Below are positions 12,001-23,128 of a stretch of DNA of 64,000 nt, piece by piece (within the stretch, counting starts at the first letter, position 1; each line of letters begins with the position of its first letter). The translations under genes and the position numbers were made by a program. The notes below the pieces were generated by a model. It did no database searches. It was not told the origin of the DNA and was given only the letters and a program-made list of their open reading frames with translations. The DNA comes from Antedon mediterranea (taxonomy: Eukaryota; Animalia; Echinodermata): the NCBI RefSeq assembly GCF_964355755.1, contig NC_092675.1, positions 13,984,912 to 14,048,911 on the forward strand, given 5' to 3'.

Positions 12001-15000
12001 AACGTTTTAGACCATTTTGTGATTTTCGAAAAAACTTGTTAACATAAAAACACGAAAGTGCTTTGAATAGCTTCAAATCGCATTTGGAAACGTTTTAGAC
12101 CATTTTGTGATTTTCGAAAAAAATTGTTAACATAAAAACACCAAAGTGCTTAGAATCACATTATAAACCGTTTTAGACCATTTTGAGCATTTCGATAACA
12201 ATTTTCACACAAAAACATCAAAGAGCACAAAATAGCTTAATATCGTATTTAAAAATGTTTTAGACCATTTTGAGCATTTAGATAAAACTTTTTCACACAA
12301 AACACCAAAGTGCTTAGAATAGCTTCAAATCGCATTTGGAGACGTTTTAGACCATTTTGTGATTTTTGAAAAAACTTGTTAACATAAAAACACCAATGTG
12401 CTTAGAATAGCTTCAAATCACATTTGGAGACGTTTTAGACCATTTTGTGATTTTTGAAAAAACTTGTTAACATAAAAACACGAAAGTGCTTAGAATAGCT
12501 TCAAATCACATTTGGAGACGTTTTAGACCATTTTGTGATTTTTGAAAAAACTTGTTAACATAAAAACACGAAAGTGCTTAGAATAGCTTCAAATCGTATT
12601 TGGAGACGTTTTAGACCATTTTTTGATTTTCGAAAAAGATTGTTAACATAAAAACACCAAAGTGCTTAGAATCACATTATAAACCGTTTTAGACCATTTT
12701 GAGGTTTTCGATAACCATTTTCACACAAAAACATCAAAGAGCACAAAATAGCTTAATATCGTATTTAAAAACGTTTTAGACCATTTTGAGCATTTCGACA
12801 AAACTTTTTCACACAAAACACCAAAGTTTTAGACCATTTTGAGCATTTAGACAAAACTTTTTCACACAAAACACCAAAGTGCTTAGAATAGCTTCAAATC
12901 GTATTTGGAGACGTTTTAGACCATTTTGAGATTTTCGAAAAAAACTTGGTTACACAAAAACATCAAAGTGCTTAAAATCACATTATAAACCGTTTTAGAC
13001 CATTTTGAGCATTTTGATAACACTTTTCACACAAAAACATCAAAGAGCACAAAATAGCTTAATATCGTATTTAAAAACGTTTTAGACCATTTTGAGCATT
13101 TCGACAAAACTTTTTCACACAAAACACCAAAGTGCTTAGAATAGCTTCAAATCGCATTTGGAGACGTTTTAGACCAATTTGTGCATTTCGATGAAACTTG
13201 GTTACACAAAAACATCAAAGTGCTTAAAATCACATTATAAATTGTTTTAGACCATTTTGAGCATTTCGATAACACTTTTCACACAAAAACATCAAAGAGC
13301 ACAAAATAGCTTAATATCTTATTTAAAAACGTTTTAGACCATTTTGAGCATTTAGACAAAACTTTTTCACACAAAACACCAAAGTGCTTAGAATAGCTTC
13401 AAATCGCATTTGGAGACGTTTTAGACCATTTTGTGATTTTCAAAAAAACTTGTTAACATAAAAACACCAAAGTGCTTAGAATAGCTTCAAATCGTATTTG
13501 GAGACGTTTTAGACCATTTTGTGATTTTCGAAAAAACTTGTTAACATAAAAACACCAAAGTGCTTAGAATAGCTTCAAATCGCATTTGGAGACGTTTTAG
13601 ACCATTTTGTGCATTTCGATGAAACTTGGTTACACAAAAACATCAAAGTGCTTAAAATCACATTATAAACCATTTTAGACCATTTTGAGCATTTCGATAA
13701 CACTTTTCACACAAAAACATCAAAGAGCACAAAATAGCTTAATATCGTATTTAAAAACGTTTTAGACCACTTTGAGCATTTCGACAAAACTTTTTCACAC
13801 AAAACACCAAAGTGCTTAGAATAGCTTCAAATCGCATTTGGAGACGTTTTAGACCATTTTGTGATTTTCGAAAAAACTTGTTAACATAAAAACATCAAAG
13901 TGTACAGAATAACTTCAAATCGCATTTGGAGACCGTTTTAGGCCAATTTGTGATTTTCGAAAAAACTTGTTAACCTAAAAATACCAAAGTGTTTAGAATA
14001 GCTTCAAATCGCATTTGGAGACGTTTTAGACCATTTTGTGATTTTCGAAAAAACTTGTTAACATAAAAACACCAAAGTGCTTCAAATCGCATTTGGAGAC
14101 ATTTTAGACCAATTTGTGATTTTTGAAAAAACTTGTTAACATAAAAACACCAAAGTGCTTACAATAGCTTCAAATCGTATTTGGAGACGTTTTAGACCAT
14201 TTTGTGATTTTCGAAAAAACTTGTTAACATAAAAACACGAAAGTACTTAGAATAGCTTCAAATCGCATTTGGAGACGTTTTAGACCATTTTATGCATTTC
14301 GATGAAACTTGGTTACACAAAAACATCAAAGTGCTTAAAATCACATTATAATCCGTTTTAGACCATTTTGAGCATTTCGATAACACTTTTCACACAAAAA
14401 CATCAAAGAGCACAAAATAGCTTAATATCGTATTTAAAAACGTTTTAGACCATTTTGAGCATTTCGACAAAACTTTTTCACACAAAACACCAAAGTGCTT
14501 AGAATAGCTTCAAATCGCATTTGGAGACGTTTTAGACCATTTTGTGATTTTCGAAAAAAATTGTTAACATAAAAACATCAAAGTGTACAGAATAGCTTCA
14601 AATCGCATTTGGAGACCGTTTTAGGGCAATTTGTGATTTTCGAAAAAACTTGTTAACCTAAAAATACCAAAGTGTTTAGAATAGCTTCAAATCGCATTTG
14701 GAGACGTTTTAGACCATTTTGTGATTTTCGAAAAAACTTGTTAACATAAAAACACCAAAGTGCTTAGAATAGCTTCAAATCGCATTTGGAGACATTTTAG
14801 ACCAATTTGTGATTTTCGAAAAAACTTGTCAACATAAAAACACCAAAGTGTTTAGAATAGCTTCAAATCGCATTTGGAGACGTTTTAGACCAATTTGTGA
14901 TTTTCGAAAAAACTTATCAACATAAAAACACCAAAGGGTTTAGAATATCTTCAAATCGCATTTGGAGACGTTTTAGACAATTTTGTGATTTTCGAAAAAA

Positions 15001-16241
15001 CTTGTTAACATAAAAACACCAAAGTGCTTAGAATAGCTTCAAATCGCATTTGGAGACGTTTTAGACCATTTTGTGATTTTCGAAAAAACTTGGTTACACA
15101 AAAACATAAAAGTGCTTAAAATCACATTATAAACCGTTTTAGACCATTTTGAGCATTTCGATAACACTTTTCACACAAAAACATCATAGAGCACAAAATA
15201 GCTTAATATCGTATTTAAAAACGTTTTAGACCATTTTGAGCATTTCGACAAAACTTGTTAACATAAAAACACCAAAGTGCTTAGAATGGCTTCAATTGCA
15301 TTTGGAGACGCTTTAGACCATTTTGTGATTTTCGAAAAAAATTGTTAACATAAAAACACCAAAGTGCTTAAAATCACATTATAAATCGTTTTAGACCATT
15401 TTGAGCATTTCGATAACACTTTTCACACAAAAACATCAAAGAGCACAAGATAGCTTAATATCTTATTTAAAAACGTTTTAGACCATTTTGAGCATTTAGA
15501 CAAAACTTTTTCACACAAAACACCAAAGTGCTTAGAATAGCTTAAAATCGCATTTGGAGACGTTTTAGACCATTTTGTGATTTTCAAAAAAACTTGTTAA
15601 CATAAAAACACCAAAGTGCTTAGAATAGCTTCAAATCGTATTTGGAGACGTTTTAGACCATTTTGTGATTTTCGAAAAAACTTGTTAACATAAAAACACC
15701 AAAGTGCTTAGAATAGCTTCAAATCGCATTTGGAGACGTTTTAGACCAATTTGTGATTTTCGAAAAAAACTTGTCAACATAAAAACACCAAAGTGTTTAG
15801 AATAGCTTCAAATCGCATTTGGAGACGTTTTAGACCAATTTGTGATTTTCGAAAAAAACTTATCAACATAAAAACACCAAAGTGTTTAGAATAGCTTCAA
15901 ATCGCATTTGGAGACGTTTTAGACCAATTTGTGATTTTCGAAAAAAACTTATCAACATAAAAACACCAAAAGGTTTAGAATAGCTTCAAATCGCATTTGG
16001 AAACGTTTTAGACCATTTTGTGATTTTCGAAAAAACTTGTTAACATAAAAACACGAAAGTGCTTAGAATAGCTTCAAATCGCATTTGGAAACGTTTTATT
16101 CCATTTTGTGATTTTCGAAAAAAATTGTTAACATAAAAACACCAAAGTGCTTAGAATCACATTATAAACCGTTTTAGACCATTTTGAGCATTTCGATAAC
16201 AATTTTCACACAAAAACATCAAAGAGCACAAAATAGCTTAA
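1..16241. repeat. Satellite DNA array, block 1 (88/77/87-bp monomer family; runs off the window's left edge)
   Basis: Continuous head-to-tail copies. Main monomer A is TGCTTAGAATAGCTTCAAATCGCATTTGGAGACGTTTTAGACCATTTTGTGATTTTCGAAAAAACTTGTTAACATAAAAACACCAAAG (starts at 421, 509, 597, so 88 bp). Monomer B (TGCTTA[A/G]AATCACATTATAAACCG..., 685-761) is 77 bp, monomer C (AGCACAAAATAGCTTAATATCG..., 762-848) is 87 bp, and monomer D (A head with GCATTTCGATGAAAC tail, 4-91) is 88 bp. Confidence 0.98.
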
Positions 16242-16245
16242 CACT

Positions 16246-16320
16246 TTGACTGCCAAACACGAAGATCTTCGTTTTTGGAAACACAACGCTTGACTGCCAA
16301 AAACGAAGATCTTCGTTTTT
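16246..16320. repeat. Subterminal direct repeat pair with internal palindrome at the left end of the piggyBac-like element
   Basis: TTGACTGCCAAA[C/A]ACGAAGATCTTCGTTTTT at 16246-16276 and 16290-16320 (31 bp, 1 mismatch, 44-bp period). The second copy contains the perfect 22-bp palindrome AAAAACGAAGATCTTCGTTTTT (16299-16320). Confidence 0.92.
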
Positions 16321-16752
16321 CGCGTTTTTTTACGAAATCCGGTAGATAGGTTAATTATTGGTATATACTATAAATATGAACACTATATTCGGTCTGGACC
16401 GTTAATATTTTACAATTTGAAAGTAACTAATCTGGTTACGAACGACTGTCAAAATGGTACCTGTCGAAATAACAAACGCCGCGCATCACAGTAGCGCGTA
16501 GAGCGATGGCTTGGCGCATTGTGTATCGGTCGCGCGCTAGCTATGCCGCCGAAGCATTACAAAGGTTTTTGTGGATTGACATGTTTGTTTGTTATCTGAA
16601 TAAAAAATAATGGAGTCATTTTCAATATGAAGTCTTTAATTTTATTATTGTATGTATACCCTAATTTTTTTGGTGTTTTACTGAAAGTGACCGAGTTTCA
16701 CGCAACAAACTTGTTTTGAAATGGTATGGTTATTATCATCAGTTTACTATCT

Positions 16753-16845
16753 CCTAGGCCTAGGCTAGTAGTACTAGGCTAGGCTAGTCTAGCCCTAGTC
16801 GTAAAACGGTTCCGGACCAACTTTAGGCCTGGTTAACTAGGCCTG
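16753..16845. repeat. Low-complexity TAGGCC/CTAG-rich tract
   Basis: CCTAGGCCTAGGCTAGTAGTACTAGGCTAGGCTAGTCTAGCCCTAG, followed by the imperfect palindrome AGGCCTGGTTAACTAGGCCT at about 16825-16844. Confidence 0.75.
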
Positions 16846-17296
16846 GTGTCTTTACTATGTGGATTTTGGCGAAACATTGATGCAAGATTTATGATTTATA
16901 AAATGTAATACATTTTTCGATAGTGATAACTTGTTTTTATAGGCCTATCGGTGCCGTGTAAGTAACTTTTTCGTTGTTTGTTGATCTCACCGGGCGATAT
17001 TTTCATATTGTGATGTCTTGCACAAAATCGCGATTATCTCGACTTTCTTGCGCGAAACTACGAAAAATTCAAAAAGTGGGTTATGTTCATTTTACTATTA
17101 CGATTTACATATTGCGATTTAAAAATCGTTCTTGGTACCATTGTAAAGCTACAATCTTTATGATTATTTTAGTCTAAATTACATATAAATCAGATCACAT
17201 ACATGGTTTCAATCAGCTTTAATAAAAACATCGAATTGGGCTAAAAACGCTGGCGGTGGCAGTTTCTAACTGGAAAAACCTCTGGCAGTCAAAGTG

Positions 17297-20200
17297 TTAA
17301 TATCGTATTTAAAAATGTTTTAGACCATTTTGAGCATTTAGAAAAAACTTTTTCACACAAAACACCAAAGTGCTTAGAATAGCTTCAAATCGCATTTGGA
17401 GACGGTTTAGACCATTTTGTGATTTTGAAAAAACTTGTTAACATAAAAACACCAAAGTGCTTAGAATAGCTTCAAATCGTATTTGGAGACGTTTTAGACC
17501 ATTTTGTGATTTTCGAAAAAACTTGTTAACATAAAAACACCAAAGTGCTTAGAATAGCTTCAAATCACATTTGGAGACGTTTTAGACCATTTTGTGATTT
17601 TTGAAAAAACTTGTTAACATAAAAACACGAAAGTGCTTAGAATAGCTTCAAATCACATTTGGAGACGTTTTAGACCATTTTGTGATTTTCGAAAAAGATT
17701 GTTAACATAAAAACACCAAAGTGCTTAGAATCACATTATAAACCGTTTTAGACCATTTTGAGCATTTCAATAACAATTTTCACACAAAAACATCAAAGAG
17801 CACAAAATAGCTTAATATCGTATTTAAAAATGTTTTAGACCATTTTGAGCATTTAGATAAAACTTTTTCACACAAAACACCAAAGTGCTTAGAATAGCTT
17901 CAAATCGAATTTGGAGACGGTTTAGACCATTTTGTGATTTTGAAAAAACTTGTTAACATAAAAACACCAAAGTGCTTAGAATAGCTTCAAATTGCATTTG
18001 GAGACGTTTTAGACCATTTTGTGATTTTCGAAAAAACTTGTTAACATAAAAACACGAAAGTGCTTAGAATAGCTTAAAATCGTATTTGGAGACGTTTTAG
18101 ACCATTTTGAGATTTTCGAAAAAACTTGGTTACACAAAAACATCAAAGTGCTTAAAATCACATTAAAAACCGTTTCAGACCATTTTCAGCATTTCGATAA
18201 CACTTTTCACACAAAAACATCAAAGAGCACAAAATAGCTTAATATCGTATTTAAAAACGTTTTAGACCATTTTGAGCATTTCGACAAAACTTTTTCACAC
18301 AAAACACCAAAGTGCTTAGAATAGCTTCAAATCGCATTTGGAGACGTTTTAGACCAATTTGTGCATTTCGATGAAACTTGATTACACAAAAACATCAAAG
18401 TTCTTAAAATCACATTATAAACCGTTTTAGACCATTTTGAGCATTTCGATAACACTTTTCACACAAAAACATCAAAGAGCACAAAATAGCTTAATATCGT
18501 ATTTAAAAACGTTTTAGACCATTTTGAGCATTTAGACAAAACTTTTTCACACAAAACTCCAAAGTGCTTAGAATAGCTTCAAATCGCATTTGGAGACGTT
18601 TTAGAACATTTTGTGTTTTTCGAAAAAACCTGTTAACATAAAAACACCAAAGTGCTTAGAATAGCTTCAAATCGCATTTGGAGACTATTAAGACCATTTT
18701 GTGATTTTTGAAAAAACTTGTTAACATAAAAACACGAAAGTGCTTAGAATAGCTTCAAATCGCATTTGGAAACGTTTTAGACCATTTTGTGATTTTCGAA
18801 AAAGATTGTTAACATAAAAACACCAATGTGCTTAGAATCACATTATACACCGTTTTAGACCATTTTGAGCATTTCGATAACAATTTTCACACAAAAACAT
18901 CAAAGGGCACAAAATAGCTTAATATCGTATTTAAAAATGTTTTAGACCATTTTGAGCATTTAGATAAAACTTTTTCACACAAAACACCAAAGTGCTTAGA
19001 ATAGCTTCAAATCGCATTTGGAGACGGTTTAGAACATTTTGTGATTTTGAAAAAACTTGTTAACATAAAAACACCAAAGTGCTTAGAATAGCTTCAAATC
19101 GCATTTGGAGACGTTTTAGACCATTTTGTGATTTTCGAAAAAACTTGTTAACATAAAAACACCAAAGTGCTTAGAATAGCTTCAAATCGTATTTGGAGAC
19201 GTTTTAGACCATTTTGAGATTTTCGAAAAAACTTGGTTACACAAAAACATCAAAGTGCTTAAAATCACATTATAAACCGTTTTAGACCATTTTGAGCATT
19301 TCGATAACACTTTTCACACAAAAACATCAAAGAGCACAAAATAGCTTAATATCGTATTTAAAAACGTTTTAGACCATTTTGAGCATTTCGACAAAACTTT
19401 TTCACACAAAACACCAAAGTGCTTAGAATAGCTTCAAATCGCATTTGGAGACGTTTTAGACCAATTTGTGCATTTCGATGAAACTTGATTACACAAAAAC
19501 ATCAAAGTGCTTAAAATCACATTATAAACCGTTTCAGACCATTTTGAGCATTTCGATAACACTTTTCACACAAAAACATCAAAGAGCACAAAATAGCTTA
19601 ATATCGTATTTAAAAACGTTTTAGACCATTTTGAGCATTTAGACAAAACTTTTTCACACAAAACACCAAAGTGCTTAGAATAGCTTCAAATCGCATTTGG
19701 AGACGTTTTAGACCATTTTGTGCATTTCGATGAAACTTGGTTACACAAAAACATCAAAGTGCTTAAAATCACATTATAAATCGTTTTAGACCATTTTGAG
19801 CATTTCGACAAAACTTTTTCACACAAAATACAAAAGTGCTTAGAATAGCTTCAAATCGCATTTGGAGACGTTTTAGACCATTTTGTGATTTTCGAAAAAA
19901 CTTTTTAACATAAAAACACCAAAGTGCTTAGAATAGCTTCAAATCGTATTTTAGACCATTTTGAGATTTTCGAAAAAACTTGGTTACACAAAAATATCAA
20001 AGTGCTTAAAATCACATTATAAACCGTTTTAGACCATTTTGAGCATTTCGATAACACTTTTCACACAAAAACATCAAAGAGCACAAAATAGCTTAATATC
20101 GTATTTAAAAACGTTTTAGACCATTTTGAGCATTTCGACAAAACTTTTTCACACAAAACACCAAAGTGCTTAGAATAGCTTCAAATCGCATTTGGAGACG

Positions 20201-20350
20201 TTTTAGACCAATTTGTGCATTTCGATGAAACTTGATTACACACAAAAACATCAAAGTGCTTAAAATCACATTATAAACCGTTTTAGACCATTTTGAGCAT
20301 TTCGATAACACTTTTCACACAAAAACATCAAAGAGCACAAAATAGCTTAA
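17297..20350. repeat. Satellite DNA array, block 2 (between the two transposons)
   Basis: Same monomers and orientation as block 1. It resumes in register at TTAATATCGTATTT right after the first element and ends at AATAGCTTAA before the second. Confidence 0.98.
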
Positions 20351-20496
20351 AATGGATATGAAAGGATTTTAAAATTTCACAAAAAGGACTTTGTATGAAT
20401 CCTTTTAATGTTAATAAACAGCACACAAAAAATTAGATTCAAATACCTAGTAGAAATTGAGAAATAAACAAATTAAATTTTGGTATAAAACGTCCG

Positions 20497-20653
20497 CAAA
20501 ATGGCCGACCAACTGGCACGCCATCTTAATTTTTATGAACGTTCTATACGCACGTACGAGATCGTCAAATTTAGAGTTTGAAACACCCGGGGTTGTAGCC
20601 ACGGCAGCAGTCGTTTTGTGATTGGTTAATAAATTTTAATACAGTCCAATCAC
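20497..20653. promoter_or_regulatory. Putative promoter-motif cluster near the left end of the Kolobok-like element
   Basis: YY1-like CAAAATGGCCG (20497-20507) and opposite-strand CGCCATCTT (20519-20527). Inverted CCAAT pair GTGATTGG (20618-20625) and CCAATCAC (20646-20653). The region is locally CpG-richer than the element centre. Motif match only. Confidence 0.35.
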
Positions 20654-22591
20654 CGCCTTGTCTCGTTCGCGGACTGTGTGGTGTAAACAAAATAAACAAA
20701 CCCATGCTACACGAGACTCGCGTGTTGCAAGCTCCCTGTTGCTAAAATATCGATATTTCACAAATCAATAAAAAGTTATGTCTGCAAAGATTGTACGTGA
20801 AAAGAAGAAAGTGTGTATTTGTACTTCTCACACTAAACCACTCACGCAGACTACAAATTAGGCTAGGTCTAGTAGACTATAGTTTCTTCTAAATTCGCTA
20901 GTAGTAGGCTAGGCCTACACATGGAGTTACTCCATGGCCTACAGTACAAGAGAGTAGCAGTCGCCGGTCCACCGACGAACCTCCAGGAAGTGGACAAGGC
21001 GCGGGCGTAGACGTATGTAAAAGGCGACGTAAATAAAAAAGGTAAGCTTGTGTTGAACTTGTTTTTGGCTCTGACTTTTGTTATTGACTAATATAGTAAT
21101 ATAATAATACTAATAATTAAAGTAGGCCTAGAGCAGAGGAGGTGAGGCCGAGAGGATTATTATAGTTTAGTTAGTAACTGTAGTGTAATTAAATAATAAC
21201 CTCTTTCTGTTTGTTACCAAGTCATAAAATATAATACTATAGGGCCTAGAGGTAGGATTGAATAAAAATAATAGTACATTTTCATCCATTTATTGGTCTT
21301 ATCTTTGCAGATTTATGGAATCAACAGTACATGAGATGGCTTTGAAGAACTGTAATAGTACTAGTAATAAAATTGTAAACATCAAATTATATGGCAGAAA
21401 TAGTGTGTGGAATGAATTTTATTGAACAAATGTATCATAATGAGTTTGGAACAAGCAGGATTTTTCAAACAGGACATAAATTACTTTTGAGACCTGAGTG
21501 ATACATTTTAATTCTATCAACACCAGCCAGCTCCATCATATTCAAGAGATGGATTCTTTCATAAATGTCCATTGTACATAGTATTTGGCTAAATAAATAA
21601 AAAAAGAAGTACAGTAGTGGTTTATTTGTTTATATACCCAGACCCATTTAATGGTTAAAAACAAACACTATATGATGCACTGCTACTAGTGTACTGTCTG
21701 GTAGTACATTACCATAGTTACAGTATGACTGTAACCCTAGCACTCGCGTCTAAAGAATTCTATTATGCATATTTTACTATTCTTCATAAATATTTAGTTC
21801 TGTAATTTTAATTGTCTGCGCTCATTCTATACTTGGTGTCTTAGTATACTGCATAAATGTATCGTGCAAGCATGATCCAAGTAGCATCTATTATAAAGTA
21901 CTCTGGGTATCTTTCTATTCACCTGAAAAAAGGAAAATGAATAAGCACATGTTTATCTGCCCTCAAAACAAAATAATAATTTAGTATAATGTATTATGTA
22001 GGTTTGATCAACAGTTTAAAATAGCAATGCTCAGTATCTGTTACCTTAATATTATAATTTTACTCTAACATTTGCGCTTCCATTCCAATCAATAAATACA
22101 TTTGCTTATCCCGTCCATCAATTATCATAATTGCACTCCAATTATAGACCTGTAGGTAGGTAAAAATACAAATGAATTGTTTATTTACTGTATACTGTAC
22201 TGTATATTGTACTGTATATGATACAAGCTGAAATACCCCTAACTAGGCCTGGCCTGTTATAACCTTTATTACTACATTAGAGAAAATCCAACTCTATTCA
22301 TTTTATTGGGAATCATAATACAGTATTTAGTATTCAGTGTTGCCTAGCCTACTAGCTAGTAGGGCGGCATGTAATAACAAAAAAATATTTTAATAATACG
22401 TTAGTCAGGACACTACAGCACACAACAATATTATTAATAAACGTACTTATAAATAATGTGTATATACATAATACAGTAACACAATTGTGCCTACCATTAA
22501 CACCCTCAACGATACATCAAGGAGCATACGCTCTCAGCTCACCTCTGGCCGGGCGACTAAACACCGTATCCAGCAGTCATCACTACTAAAA

Positions 22592-22616
22592 AGGCCTAGG
22601 CCTAGGCCTAGCTAGC
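22592..22616. repeat. (AGGCCT)n short palindromic microsatellite
   Basis: AGGCCTAGGCCTAGGCCTAGCTAGC read directly. Confidence 0.8.
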
Positions 22617-22850
22617 TCCAGGCCATGGCATTGTCAAACACCATTTACTCGTCCAACCGTTTCTTCAAAACGATGTTAACACCCGTGTTAACAAGACGAT
22701 GTGGACGAATTTCCATCAATTTCAGTTAATTACAACGAAATAATAATAAAATGAATGTTTCAATAATACGTGTATAATAAATAGCAAAATAAACATCGCT
22801 CGCGAGGAGGGTCGAGAGAGAGGCCAAGGTGGTCGACTCTGTGATTCTCA

Positions 22851-23128
22851 CGCATGCGCAAAATAACTCCGTGTACCCAGCAAGATAGGCATTTGGCTAT
22901 GAATTTCGTAAAAGATGGCCTTGAAAAACGAAATTAAAATCCGTTTTAAAAAAAACTTGGTTGATAATATGAATTAATTTTATTCGATTAGGCTAACATA
23001 CTTATCCAAGAATAAAAATATCAAAGCAATAAGTAATTACTACCATGCTTTTGCATCAATCAATGATTTACTGCTAAATTCCTATCTCTGTAATACAAAA
23101 ATAACTTTTAGTGACGTCACAAAAAGTT
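22851..23128. promoter_or_regulatory. Putative promoter-motif cluster near the right end of the Kolobok-like element
   Basis: NRF1-like CGCATGCGCA (22851-22860), YY1-like AAGATGGCC (22912-22920), and CRE palindrome GTGACGTCAC (23111-23120) inside the 26-bp near-perfect palindrome AACTTTTAGTGACGTCACAAAAAGTT. Motif match only. Confidence 0.35.

Larger units (their letters stand above)
16242..17296. mobile_element. Non-autonomous piggyBac-like DNA transposon (MITE-like, 1,055 bp)
   Basis: Perfect 14-bp TIRs CACTTTGACTGCCA (16242-16255) and TGGCAGTCAAAGTG (17283-17296). TTAA lies on both sides (16238-16241, 17297-17300), and removing the element plus one TTAA restores the intact monomer AATAGC-TTAA-TATCG. 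TTAA TSD, short TIRs starting with C and asymmetric subterminal repeats are piggyBac hallmarks. No transposase ORF. Confidence 0.9.

Noticed and set aside
16974-17177. 67-aa ORF inside the piggyBac-like element as a transposase remnant
   Set aside because: TTG start, short, and no recognisable DDD catalytic or cysteine-rich motif. A tBLASTn search would be needed to rescue it.
20105-20311. 68-aa minus-strand ORF, identical to 34241-34447
   Set aside because: Satellite translation opened by a 2-bp CA insertion. Identity of the two copies reflects DNA duplication, not coding constraint.
20921-21424. Short ATG ORFs in the Kolobok-like element (MELLHGLQ..., 29 aa; MESTVHEM..., 36 aa)
   Set aside because: Too short and with no recognisable THAP, DDE or KolX motif.
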